Part shown: one piece after another, positions 45,136 through 57,514 of the stretch
Layout of the letters: each line of letters starts with the position of its first letter
How positions within the stretch are numbered: position 1 is the stretch's first letter
Source: Macrostomum lignano
Taxonomy: Eukaryota
Length of the DNA stretch: 64,000 nucleotides
NCBI GenBank assembly: GCA_002269645.1
Contig: NIVC01001411.1
Coordinates: forward strand, 62,937-126,936
Reading direction: 5' to 3'
Made by a program: the position numbers and the translations under genes
The notes under the pieces: model-generated
Database searches by the model: none
The model's input: only the letters and a program-made list of their open reading frames with translations
What the model was told of the DNA's origin: nothing

Positions 45136-47987
45136 TTAACGGGTCAGCAGGGTCGACAGCAAGGCTCCGAGCAGTGCAGCCATCGACAGTTGCAGCCACG
45201 TGGCTCCGGCCAACCTGCCAGACGAACCGGAAGTCGTGGTTTGCGGTGGCGGCGCGGTGGTCACTGGCGGCGCGGCGGTCGAGGTGTACCAGTCATCGCC
45301 GGGACACTCGGAGCTCCACGTCAGAGGCTCGCTGCTATTCTTGTTCGCTTCAGTCAGGAAGTCGAACAGCGGCCTGAAGTACCTGATCAGGGGTGCGGCG
45401 CTGACCTCCCGAGTGCCAGTCAGCTCCTCCAGCGTGTCCTCCCAGTGCTTGGATGAGCCGGCGGCCAGCATTTTCCTGTTCAATGCAGACGGCAGAGTTG
45501 CCCAATGTCAGGGAAGGAATGGTGTCTATAAATTGGAAGGCCTCGGGTACAAGGTGGTGCTGAGTTTGCTGGGTAGTGACGGTGGGCAAGGCTCAGACTC
45601 ACTTAAGCGCGTCGCCGGCCTCCTTGCTCTGGTAAAAGTCGCACTTGTAAAGCGGGCCGGTATGACCGGACTTATTGCACAGCGCCTCGTAGAACTGGAA
45701 CTGCAGGAAGTGGCTGACAAAGTAGCGAATGTAGGGCGTGTTTCCGGGCACGTGGTACTTGGCCCCGGGGTCGAAGTCATCCTCGCTGCGCGGCACGGGG
45801 CTGGAGATGCCCTGCAGGTCGCAACGCAGCTTCCACCACGCCGAGTTGTACTGCTGAGGCGTCACTTCGCCTTTGAAGACGCTCCAGCGCCACTTGTCGA
45901 TGAGGTAGCCGAACGGGATGAACGCCAGCTTTTTCAGCGCCATGAGGAACATGTAGTTCACGTAGTACTCGTTGGAATCGATGGTGGAGTTGAGCAGACC
46001 AATCTTCACCAGGTGCTCGGGGGTCATCACCGCCAGCTCGATCGTGTCGCCAACGGCCTCGTGGAAGCCAGGGTTGGCGCCGTCCCTGAACGGCACGGGC
46101 TGCTTCTCGTACTGCATGAAATACTGGATGTGCCCCATCTCGTGGTGCGTGGTGGCCAGATACGGCAGGGTGACGCTGGTGCACTGCTTGACCCGGAAGT
46201 CGCCCTCGTTGGTGTAGAAGTCCCACGCGGAGGCGTGGCAGTTCATTTCAACGTTAGGCAGTCGATCCATGACCGTCTTGGCCCAGAATGTGTCCGTCAT
46301 ATTGCCCAGGCCAAGGCTAGCAAAGAACTCTTCGCTTACTCGGAACATCGTTGTAGAATTCCAGCCCTAAAATGCGGGGGCAGAGACGCCGTCAGTCTGC
46401 ATGGGCCGTACGTTATGGAACAGATTACTTGTAGTACATCTTCCCTAAATTTCACATCCTTAGGTAGTGGTTTTTAGAATTTTTTGACTTGTCTTCATTG
46501 CAACTCCAAGCTAACGCCAAGAGCCTCACTTCTAAGAAAGTCGCGAGCAGCTGCAGGGTTACAGTTGAGTCACGAGCTAGAATACGAATAGCGAATGCAA
46601 ACCTTTCGCAGCATCTCCTTGGTGATGTCGACAGTCCAGGATTCCGGATAAGGCATGGTCAGATGGTCCACGTTAGCCCAGCTCTGGGCCCACATGTTGC
46701 CGAGGATGTGCGCCGGCAGGTGATTTGTGAGCGGAAAAATTTCGGACCCGAAGTGAGGCCTGAGCTTGCTGCGCACGTAGGCGTGAAGCAGGCTGTAGTA
46801 GGGCTTGAACTCCGTCCACAGCGTTTCCATCGTCTGCTCAAAGTCGCTAGTGGGCTCGTACCAGGACTGCCAGTACTCTGCCAGGTTCGCGTAGCCAGCC
46901 TCCCGGATCATCGCGTTGCCAAGGTGGACGAACTCTTCGTAATCGTTCTTCATCTTCTTGCCGGACTCGTCGCGCCAGCCAACCCAGAAGTCGCGCTTGA
47001 CCGACTGCGGGACGTCCGGGTCAGCCATGGCCGCAACGATGTCTGTGGGGGATTTCACGATACTGTCACTTACCCTTTTATGTGGATTAGAACAAGGTCA
47101 ATCCGTTTCACAGATGCTGTACTGACAAATGAATAATATTTGAAAACAGAGTTCAGGTTAGTGCCGTTGCTAGGCAATTCGTCTCTTGACAGACGAAATA
47201 AGGATGTCAAAAATGCACTATCTAACTTCTTACTCTAAGACCACAGCAGACTTACTGGGCTCCAGGGGTACCATATCGCCGCTGCGAGGATCCTTCACTT
47301 TCGCTGTGTTGTAGAACGTAGCCAGTCGAGTTCTGACGCTGCTGTACTGCATTTGTACGATAGAGACAGAGAGAGAGGGAGAGGGAGCAGTTATTGATTT
47401 GCTAGCAAATTCATTTTTCACAAAAGATCAGCAGTTTCCGTGTTTGAATATCCGTGTAAATTTCCGCTACCTACCGGTATACCCCGTCATGACTCTGTTT
47501 ACTTTACTCGATTTTCTTAGAAACAAGTTGGAGGCCGGTAAGGAAAAACCTCATTGCTATGCGTTCTCTGGAGCTTCTCTGCAGCCTCCCCTCCCGTTGA
47601 ACATTCAACTGCGAGCCTCACCAGCTCCTGCATGGTCGCATTCGCCACAGACGTTCCGATGTCGTCCGACTTGCTGAACAGTCGCGTCAGGTTTTTGTCG
47701 GTGAAATTTCTCCAAGCAAATTGTTGCATTTCGGTGCGTTTCAGCTTGAGAAACTCCGTCAGCTTGAGCTCGGCCTCAACTCGTTTGCGCGAGTTCTCAT
47801 CAGTGATGTTCACGGCGTAGTTCCAGCCGGCCTCCACAGCCAGGTTCCTCTGCACCGCCAGGTCCAAGTTGAACTGCTCAAACCATTGCCTAGCTGCTGT
47901 CTCGTTTGTACTGCCACTGGCATGGCAACAGCCTAGCAACAGCACTAGCAGCAGCGGCACAGCCAGCCGGTTGCTAAGAGTCCGCAT
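45136..47987 (-). CDS. ACE: Angiotensin-converting enzyme-like peptidyl-dipeptidase (peptidase M2), single catalytic domain, ~666 aa. join(complement 47987-47622, 47346-47256, 47042-46603, 46366-45603, 45475-45136)
   Basis: Signal peptide MRTLSNRLAVPLLLVLLLGCCHA. ACE motifs LPAHILGNMWAQSW, CHASAWDF, zinc motif HHEMGHIQYF, RDGANPGFHEAVGD, and DPGAKYHVPGNTPYIRYF. Canonical splice sites and phases close the frame (2001 nt). Confidence 0.95.
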
Positions 47988-49166
47988 ATTCGCAACGCAC
48001 ACTGCAAGGCAGCTACTGAATCAGGCTCGAGTAGACCAAGCGGTCAAGTGCATCCAGTTAAAAATGGATTTTCTTATCGGCCGGGCGACAGCTCCGGGCA
48101 GGCAATTCGCCATCGAGTTGCGATAATAAGGAAAGTTTAGCGGCTCACAAGGCTTTGCTCAACTCGGCCTTGAGGCGAACGATGGCACCTGGGAACGCCC
48201 CAAAGCCGATAGAGCTTATCGGGCTTATCGGCAGGTCTTGCGGCAACGAAGATTATGTGCAGCACGTCTCTGAGCTGTGCTTGTTTGAACATTGAACAGA
48301 TTTGTCCGCCACATTCTGTTTTTCTTGTGAACTGGCTATCTCGCCAAACTGCTGGTTGAATTAAAGTGACGGGAGGCAAGCAATGCTGGTTGCAGTCTGC
48401 GGCACTCGAAGCATGCAGTTTTTTACCTCGCTCCGGCAGTCAGCTGGCGCTTTTGCTATGAAGTTAAGGGACAAAGAATGTAGCAGTCAGCTTGCAGTCT
48501 CTGCTCTCAAGCCCGCCCACAGAGAGGCTGCAGTATATTTAGCCCATACAATAGGACTCAAAAAGCAAGCACATTGTGGAATTAACATTTCAATGCACAC
48601 GCATTGGCAAAAGAAATTAGCAGACTCAGCTTCATCAGAACTACCTTTGCTAAATAATAGAATCAATTGTTTTCATGCATAGAATTCACGCAATAGTGCA
48701 AGCAGCTAGGCAAAAAGACGTACACATGAAAAGGATCACAAATATGCATTACAGACACCCATAGAGTGCAGAACTCACAGGAAGATAATATATGACTGAT
48801 AAGACTCCTGATTTTCCAAAAGGAGATAAATTAAAACTTTCTGTCGAAGCGACAAGACTTCTGAAGCGTGAGACTTGTGCGCAATTTCACGACACTGTCG
48901 TGCAACTATCGACTGTACTTTAGCTACTTATCACAATATTCCAGTGTAAGATTAGTATAGTGTAATTAGACAGGTTAAAAAGTTACAAGAAATGACGGGA
49001 CACAGCAGGACCCAATGAACAGAGCTCTCTGGTGGTGCGACTTGCAGCTTGAAATGTTCGGCTGGGACAGCCAGGCCCGTGGATCTGCCGCTCCCCAGCC
49101 AGCGAGAACCAACGTCAGTTTTCTGCCCTCGACTCGCTGCGCCTCCCAGAACACCATGCAGCAGCT

Positions 49167-52094
49167 TCACTCGAACCGCATCAGCAACAGCTGTCTGCGC
49201 TTCTGTTCCTCTGTTACTCCGAGCGGCTCGTCCGACAGCTCCACCTCGTCAGCTGCCTCCTCCGTCTTGCGGTTGTTCATCGGCTCCAGGCGAATCTCGT
49301 CAGTTTGAAATCGGAGGCTGCGCTGGGCAGCTGGCTTCGGCTGCTGCAGCTTCTTTCTGCGCGGCGGCCGGCCCAGAGCCAGCGCCATGTTCCGCCGGAA
49401 ATTGGCGCTCCACACGCAGTAGATGAAGAAGTTCACGGCCGAGTTCAGTAGAGTGAGCAGCGAGCCAATCGAGTAGAAGTACGAGTAGAACCAGTTGCCC
49501 TTCTCAAAGTTGGTGTCGAGCAGCAGCTGCCAGACCGCGCCGGGCAGCTCGGTAGCCACAAATACGGCGATTATGACCACCAGCATCTTCGTGTCCTCAG
49601 TCCGTCGTGTCGCCTCCCGCGTGATGGTGGCTCGAATCCGGGACGCCACCAGCAGGCTGCGGATCAGCAGTGCGTTGAACACCAGCAGCCAGAGCACCGG
49701 GCCGAGTGACAGGAAGATAAAGTGCATCAGCTTCTTGTACACCAGCATGTACACATAGCCAAGACGCTCCGGCTGGGCTTGGCTGACGTTCAGCGGCAGG
49801 CAGCGGTGCGGCACAACAGTGTACTCCAGCAGTAGCGGCAGGTTGTACAGCAGCGAGGCGGCCGACACGGAGATGCAGTAAATCCGGGACCTGCGCGGGT
49901 TGCTGCGACGGCCAGACATAAATGGATTCTGCACCACGGTGTAGCGGTCCAGAGCGACGATCAGGATGATCCAATTGCGGGCGGTCCGGGCGGCGCTGCC
50001 GAGGTACCAGACGGCCGGCAGGGCAACCTGGATGGCCGGGCTGGCGTTCAGCAGTGTCTGCAGCTGGACTCCAGCGCTGTCGCGGACCAGCACGCCGAGG
50101 CCCATATAGACCACGATGTAGGGCGCCGACAGACCGATGAACACCGTGTCGACTGCGGGCATCAGAGGTGGAGAGTTGGGGTGGGATCGAGGTTGGAGGA
50201 GGTTGACGACGCCCCGAGTTTGAAAATCTCTGCAGACTTAAGAAATTTCGCACGAGACCACCCCATGGAAACCCATTGTAGAAGTTTCCTCACGTACTCA
50301 GAACCGGCTTACACACCCCAAGACAGCCCTTTGCAGCTCAAAACACACTCATCTCGCACATGTACATACACATGACGCACTGAAGTCCCTCGACTCTTCT
50401 AGAATCTCTCCATTCAAGCACAATAATTATTCGTTTTCTTCTTTACCACCCATTCATGCACCAGATTCCTCCATCACTGACTGTTCTTCGCTGCTCTTCT
50501 TAACCTCTCCATCGTCCATCCGGTCCATTCCTTCAGGTCATCTTCCTCCTGATGTCCGTAATATTTGAGCTTTCTCCGCTTGATGATCTCATCCATAGAT
50601 ACTGGTTCCTTTCCCAATGCCTCCTTAACAACAAAATACACGGTCAGCGTCACAGGCCGCGCCTCAGGGCCAGGTCGCGAACGAACGCGTGCGCCGGCGT
50701 CAGCCAGCAGGCAGTCGACGAAACGCCGAGTGCGGCCTGTCCTTAACTTTTCTCCAAACCCGGGAATTTGTTTCTTTCTTTTCCCATGTAATCCTTAGCA
50801 TTCTTCTGTAATATTCCATTTCAAACGCTTTGAGATGGATAATTAGCCGGCGGCAATCAACGGAACAGCTTGAGACGTCACGGAGCGCAGCTGACCAGCG
50901 AGCTGCATTTGAATTCCTAGAGCTTCCCGCCCTAAGCAAGATCAGGTGTTTTCCCGAGCACAGATTAGCTTCACATAATTGTGGTTGCTGTGCTTCTGCC
51001 TGCTCAATTTGGTACACAGAGCAGCTCTCCAGCTGGCTTCCTGTGCAACAGAACCTCTCGCACTCGCACCAACCCAGTAATTATTCGCCAGCTTGGCCGG
51101 CACAACTACAGCCAGGCCTTCATTTCCTGCGTCAGCGAATGACTGAGCGACTTGCGAACCAAACCGGAATTTGGCAACGTTCAACTGGCTCGCAATGTCC
51201 TGCCTAGTTTAGTTGTCAATCCTAAACTAAAAAATCCCCAAAGGGGACAGATGACAAAGCTTTCTGTTTGCTTTTTTTCGTTTCACAAAAAAAGTTTTCA
51301 GGTCACACGATTGGGTTTCTGGTAATAGAAATGAAATAATAATACTTAAACAAACTTTACAAGAACGACTGTAGGTTTGGTTGCAATGAGTGTAGGTTTG
51401 GTTGCAATGAGTGTAGGTTTGGTTGCAGTGAGTGTAGGTTTGGTTGCAGTGAGTGTAGGTTTGGTTGCAATGAGTGTAGGTTTGGTTGCAATGAGTGTAG
51501 GTTTGGTTGCAATGAGTGTAGGTTTGGTTGCCAGAAGCAGGGGTTGCAAGGGGCGGCGGTTGCCAGGAGCAGGGGTTGCAGGGGCGGGGGTTGCCAGGAG
51601 CAGGGGTTGCAGGGGCGGGGGTTGCCAGGAGCAGGGGTTGCAAGGGGCGGGGGTTGCCAGGAGCAGGGGTTGCAAGGGGCGGGGGTTGCCAGGAGCAGGG
51701 GTTGCAAGGGGCGGGGGTTGCAAGGGGCGGGGGTTGCCAGTAACAGGGGTTGCAAGGGGCGGGGGTTGCCAGTAACAGGGGTTGCAAGGGGCGGGGGTTG
51801 CCAGGAGCAGGGGTTGCAAGGGGCGGGGGTTGCCAGTAGCAGGGGTTGCAAGGCCTACTTACAGGTGGACAGCGCCAATAGCAGGACGCTCATTGAGGAC
51901 TTTCCGATGTCCCGCTTCAGCACCAGAACGGAGAGCGAGTTGAGCACCAGGCCCATCACAAAGATCAGGGAGGACAGGATGACGTCAGTCAGGAGAATGA
52001 ACCGCTTCTCGAAGGCGTTGAAGTGGTCAGCCAGACATGACTCGTTCAATTCGCTGTCATTCAGCGCTAGCAGAGAAATGTTGCTCGAATTCAT
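49167..52094 (-). CDS. Class A GPCR, FMRFamide/peptide-receptor-like, ~405 aa. join(complement 52094-51863, 50152-49167)
   Basis: N-terminal N-glycosylation sequons (NSS, NIS, NDS, NES); seven hydrophobic segments; ALDRY; TM6 TKMLVVIIAVFVATELPGAV; TM7 LNSAVNFFIYC. Phase-1 junction T|GTAAGT ... CAG|TC. Confidence 0.92.
50430..50840 (-). mobile_element. Degenerate 3' fragment of an RTE-clade non-LTR retrotransposon inside the GPCR intron
   Basis: LKAFEMEYYRRMLRITWEKKETNSRVWRKV resembles the RTE post-RT motif (AFEMW.YRRML.I.W....TN..V); stops and frameshifts follow. Confidence 0.7.
51365..51852. repeat. Two adjacent minisatellites: 21-bp GTGTAGGTTTGGTTGCAATGA (51365-51530) and ~33-bp GGGGTTGCCAGGAGCAGGGGTTGCAAGGGGCG (51530-51852)
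   Basis: Tandem copies; the G-rich array starts about 10 nt after the GPCR splice donor. Confidence 0.92.
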
Positions 52095-52554
52095 TATGCA
52101 ATTTGGCTTCCACTGCAATGTCAGGCGGAGCTTCTGCCGGGCTAAGGCCGGCGGGTATTTCTAGTGGGAAGCCGAGAGAGGCAGGCTGGCTAGGGAAGGG
52201 GAGTCCAGCCAATGGGAACTGAGAGAAACAGAACAGGGAATGAGAGGCCAGGGCACGCCTGCTTGGAATATGTCTCTGAAAAGTCTATCCATGGCCGAGT
52301 GGGGCCGTGTTGACGAAAACCGAAACTGATGGGAGCGCTAGAGAGAGAGGGAGGGAGAGAGAGACGCTGCAGTGCATTGTCCTTTGCCCGCCCTTCTTAT
52401 TGTACCTGTGCGCTGCATTCAGCATCTGGATTGAGGATGGAAGATTCGCTGTCTGAAAATCAATAGTTACTCTTCCTGCATATAAATATTCCATAGGAGA
52501 TATACAGCAGGATTTCAGGATACACAACAAGAAATGCAGCGAGAGGAAGGAAAG

Positions 52555-52558
<4 letters not shown>

Positions 52559-52615
<57 letters not shown>
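52559..52615. repeat. (GACA)n microsatellite
   Basis: About 14 units. Confidence 0.95.
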
Positions 52616-52616
<1 letters not shown>

Positions 52617-53210
52617 AGCTAGAGCCAGCAGATTCGGAAGCCAGTACCAAATTTAGCATGCAGAAATTCAGCGCCAATCAGTCAGCTGAAAGCTGTTTTT
52701 TAAAGCTTTTTAAAATGCTTCGTAAATGATTCTATTCGCAGACTCGCCGACGCAAATCGCAAATTTTATTTACCAAAAGTGCACAGCCAGGCAGAGGAGA
52801 TTCGCTTCCAGTGGAAGTTTCTCGGGCGCAGATTTGCGCGCCAAATCTCCGGAAGCGACTCTCGCATTTGCATAATCAAATCGCGGGCAACAGTCAGCCT
52901 GGCCCGTCACCCCTAGCAACAATTCATCGCGTTAATGCAGTTCTGAAAGCATTGCCCCTGGCCTTGCAATCCAGACTGGGGGTTTTTGCAAATAGACCGA
53001 GTTTTTGCTTCCAGATCTGCTTCAAAACCCGATTGTTTCTCTCCTCCTCATTGTGTTCGTGCGCCTAATAATTGACTCAGAGTTTAGGGCTGCATCGAAC
53101 CCAACTCATCTGAGAGGTTCGCCCGAATGCTCATATAACTCGCAGGCTCTCTCCGGTGCTTGGATGCAAAGCAGCTCAGCGTCCTAACTCTCGCGCGCAC
53201 ATCCCCTTGA

Positions 53211-53525
53211 TCCCGTTGTAGCCTAGTGGTTAGAGCGTCGGACTCACGACTTGAAGGTCGGGGGTTCGATTCCCGATCCTACTGGAACAGTTTGCGTCCT
53301 TGAGCAAGACACAACTCTGCACTGCTGCAGTTCACACAGCTGTAAAATGGGTGCCAGCATTAGCTGGGGTAATTGAGGGTGTGTGTGGTGACCCCCAGTC
53401 CTTGGACTGAACAGCCGTACGCAGCCTTCAGATGAGCCGCGCAATGGCTGCGGCTGAGCTGTCGGTAGCACATCTGGCCGAATTGAGGCAGGTGTAATTG
53501 GTTATTAAAATTATTTATTAATTTG
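53211..53525 (+). mobile_element. tRNA-derived SINE with a CORE/Meta-like central domain
   Basis: A box TAGCCTAGTGG and B box GGTTCGATTCC. Followed by GTCCTTGAGCAAGACAC...CAGCTGTAAAATGGGT, which resembles CORE/Meta-SINE central domains as recalled, not searched. AT-rich tail ATTAAAATTATTTATTAATT. Confidence 0.75.
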
Positions 53526-54088
53526 TCTGCGCACAGTATCGGCGCGCTTGTGTGTGCTCAGGAGTCAGCAGAATTGACGATGATGATGTGGTCAACGAAG
53601 GCGTTGCGCCGGGGTGCCTGCAGCCCTCAGATAGGGTTTTCCCCACCCTCACTTGTCTTAGTTCTCAGGTCTCACCCAGCTGCCGAATCCCCAGTCATTA
53701 TCCCAAATGCCAGGAATGGCACGAAGCGATCCAGCCAAACTTGTTTTTATATTTCGATAAACAAGCCTCCGACGCGCACCTGCCGCATGGCCTGCAGAGG
53801 CACTCAAGCGTAAAAAATTAGTTTCCAATTGCAAATTATTCCAATACTCGATCGAAATACAGCCGCCCACAAGCGGAAAAAACATCTGTGACCTGAGTGG
53901 GAGGGGCGTCGAGCCTCCCCGATGCCCAATTATGGTTCATTTGAGGCGAGGTCTGACTGCTTTCTTTCTGTTTATATGATTTTCTACGCACAACACTTGT
54001 CAGATGAACCGACAGAACAACAAGTTCATACTTGCCTGTAGGGAGTGCTAACGCATAGCTAACACTTCCTGAGGAGCCTCAGTCTGAC

Positions 54089-55020
54089 CCACCCGCATTA
54101 TCTGAGCTACACCCACCTGCATCATCTGAGCTACACCCACCTGCATCATCTGAGCTACACCCACCTGCATCATCTGAGCTACACCCACCTGCATCATCTG
54201 AGCTACACCCACCTGCATCATCTGAGCTACACCCACCTGCATCATCTGAGCTACACCCACCTGCATCATCTGAGCTACACCCACCTGCATCATCTGAGCT
54301 ACACCCACCTGCATCATCTGAGCTACACCCACCTGCATCATCTGAGCTACACCCACCTGCATCATCTGAGCTACACCCACCTGCATCATCTGAGCTACAC
54401 CCACCTGCATCATCTGAGCTACACCCACCTGCATCATCTGAGCTACACCCACCTGCATCATCTGAGCTACGCCCACCTGCATCATCTGAGCTACACCCAC
54501 CTGCATCATCTGAGCTACACCCACCTGCATCATCTGAGCTACAACCACCTGCATCATCTGAGCTACACCCACCTGCATCATCTGAGCTACACCCACCTGC
54601 ATCATCTGAGCTACACCCACCTGCATCATCTGAGCTACACCCACCTGCATCATCTGAGCTACACCCACCTGCATCATCTGAGCTACACCCACCTGCATCA
54701 TCTGAGCTACACCCACCTGCATCATCTGAGCTACACCCACCTGCATCATCTGAGCTACACCCACCTGCATCATCTGAGCTACACCCACCTGCATCATCTG
54801 AGCTACACCCACCTGCATCATCTGAGCTACACCCACCTGCATCATCTGAGCTACACCCACCTGCATCATCTGAGCTACGCCCACCTGCATCATCTGAGCT
54901 ACACCCACCTGCATCATCTGAGCTACACCCACCTGCATCATCTGAGCTACATCCACCTGCATCATCTGAGCTACATCCACCTGCATCATCTGAGCTACAC
55001 CCACCTGCATCATCTGAGGT
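54089..55020. repeat. 24-bp near-perfect minisatellite GCATCATCTGAGCTACACCCACCT, ~38 copies
   Basis: Only about 5 variant positions in the whole array. Confidence 0.97.
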
Positions 55021-56464
55021 TCATAAAATTGTTTACCTCTCAGCTGGAACAGATGAGGAAATTGGATTTCGAACCGCACCTAGGACAGGATATTGATTAG
55101 AAATTCTTTGTTTCCTGAGAATTGCCTGAGATCACAGAATTATGGCGGGAAGCGGAGGTTCCCAGATAGATGGAGCACAAAGGCAGGGATAAAAGAGGAA
55201 CAAAGCAGGAATCTGAATCTTTGATTAGAGGAGGCGGAAGCGGTGCGGGGAAGGCAAAGACAAAGGGGAGAGGCGGACACTGATCCCGTTTGAGCGCCGC
55301 ATTCACCGAGAGAGTTCTTTTGTGGCAAAATTTTCAATAATTTCAGCTAATTATAACTGGCTAAGGTGTCTCAGAGGAAAAAAGTTTTAATACGCAAAAT
55401 TTTAACAATAAGATCTCATAAAAACCTACGGGTTGGAGAGCGTAATGAAGAGTCCGTTAATGGTTAAAACAGGCAGTGCCGACCGTAATCAGGAAACTTA
55501 ATTTCAAGAGGAAAAAATTAGTGGTGGGAATGGAAAATTAATAAATTAAAAAATTTTTTTTTGAAAAATGGTTAAAAAAGATAAGACCCCTGCTACCCTT
55601 GCCGCTGGGCCACCAATAAAGGGCTTCTGGTAATGGCGTAAAGCATAGGAATCTAGTCCTTGAGAATCTCAACCCTTGGAGTCTCACCAGCCCGTCAGAC
55701 TCACCCTTCCAGTAGCGTCGAACCTCTTGAGCTCCCCCTCCAAGAGCTACGAGCACTCACCCATCGAAGCTATCGTATGCTTTGAGACCCGCACCCTGTG
55801 AGGATCGAATACCCTTGAAAACCTTGAGCTACGATATCAAAGTTGAGAGCCCACAGCTATTTATAGAGAATTAATGCAGGCCTCTCAGAGTCTGCGAGCC
55901 CACGCCAGCACCCCCAGCTCTCCGACACGCTCTCTCAGAGATTCAATTTTACCCCGTCTTGAGCTCGAAAACATCTGCGGTTTTCAACCGGGGCCGGCCG
56001 CAGGAGCAGCAATCTGAAGCCGAGGCCAGGAGCCGCTCTCTCGGGCGGCCACGCCACGCCATGCACTTTATTAAACCGAGAGAACCCAGGGTCAACTCTG
56101 CTCGAAGCTCTGTAAAGCTCTATTCAATACTAGAAGCAATACTCGCGGCTGAGCGGAGGTGCTCTGCCGGGCCTGGCCATCAATCACCCAATCACGCCAC
56201 TGCACTGGAAATCAGAAGAACAAAAATACAAGGCAAACAGGGACAGCCGCGTAGCCAACTGTGAGTAATGTGGAGAATCCAAGAATTTATCACCCCAATA
56301 TAACATTGCTGCAGAGGGCAAGAGGAGCACCGTGTGGGGCTGTAAAACAACTTCTACAGTCATGTGACTGCATGGCGAGTGTATTAAGCGCTTGCCTGAC
56401 TGTGTGCAGACGTGATTTACAGAATTGAGGATCTTCTAATGATTATTTAGATAGCTTTGAGAGC

Positions 56465-57065
56465 TCCATATTTGAGACTTGAAATCTTACCTTCGAGGTC
56501 TGGATATCTCACATTTGATATCTAAAAATCTCACCTTTGAGATCTGGATATTTTACCTTTAAGTCAAGAAATCCCACCTTCGAGGTCTGGAAATCTCAAA
56601 TTTGAGATCAGGAAAAAATCTCACCTTGAGGTCAGTCTGGAAATCTCACCTTTGAGGTCTGGAAATCTCACCTTTGAGATCTGGAAATCTCGCATTTGAT
56701 ATCTAAAAATCTCACCTTTGAGATCTGGAAATCCCACTTTTGAGGTCTGGATATTTCACCTTTAAGTCAAGAAATCACACCTTTGAGGTCTGGAAATCTC
56801 AAATTTGAGATCAGGAAAAAATCTCACTTTGAGGTCTAGAAATCTCAGCTTTGAGATCTGGAAATCTTACTTTTGAAGTCTGGAAATTTCACCTTTAAGT
56901 CAAGAAATCCCACCTTTGAGGTCTGGAAATCTCAAATTTGAGATCCGGAAATCTCACCTTGAGGTCTGGAAATCTCAACTTGAGGTCTGGAAATCTCATC
57001 TTGAGGTCTGGAAATTTCATCTCGAGATCTGAAAGTCTCACCTTTGAGGACTGAAAATCTCACCA
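56465..57065. repeat. Degenerate ~22-bp minisatellite GAGGTCTGGAAATCTCACCTTT
   Basis: About 27 diverged copies with recurring higher-order blocks. Confidence 0.88.
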
Positions 57066-57514
57066 ACGTGGTCCCGAGACCCCGTATTAAACGTTAAAGG
57101 ACTCTATTACCGGAATTAACCTTCGAACTTCAACCAAAATTTTACAAGGTTGACAAACGTAAAAAGATGGAGCAAAAACGTTCTGCCGCACACGCCAATC
57201 TTGTATACCAGTCACAAGCAGACAGCGGAGCGAAGCCCGTTCATTACAAGAGAAAAGAACAACAAACCGTGGCTGCCATAAAGCAGCAGACAGCGGCTCC
57301 ACTCTCTCCCAGCCGCCCTTCCTCATATTTCACTGCACCAGCTGACCAGCCGAGTAATTATATTACGAAGTAGCACCAGGGCTAGTGGCAAGACAGCTCA
57401 AGGAGATCTATATACTCGTAGATTCTAACTCTGGAGCGGAAGCTGATTGATTGGCCGAAGCCTGCTCTTTCAACTTGATTGAGCTGGCCCCAGATATTAA
57501 GTTGACAACAAAGA

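Noticed and set aside
45200-46477. 425-aa plus-strand ORF
   Set aside because: Antisense shadow of the GC-rich ACE exons; no recognisable motifs.
53211-53285. tRNA-Val(CAC) gene
   Set aside because: Acceptor and anticodon stems do not pair properly, and the sequence continues into a SINE-like body and tail.
53415-53475. Hammerhead ribozyme in the SINE 3' part (CAGATGAG + stem)
   Set aside because: The core would need CUGANGA and a GAAA after stem II; neither is present.
54048-55079. 343-aa (MMQVGVAQ)n ORF
   Set aside because: A 24-bp unit with no stop in that frame yields an ORF automatically; the start is GTG and there is no coding context.
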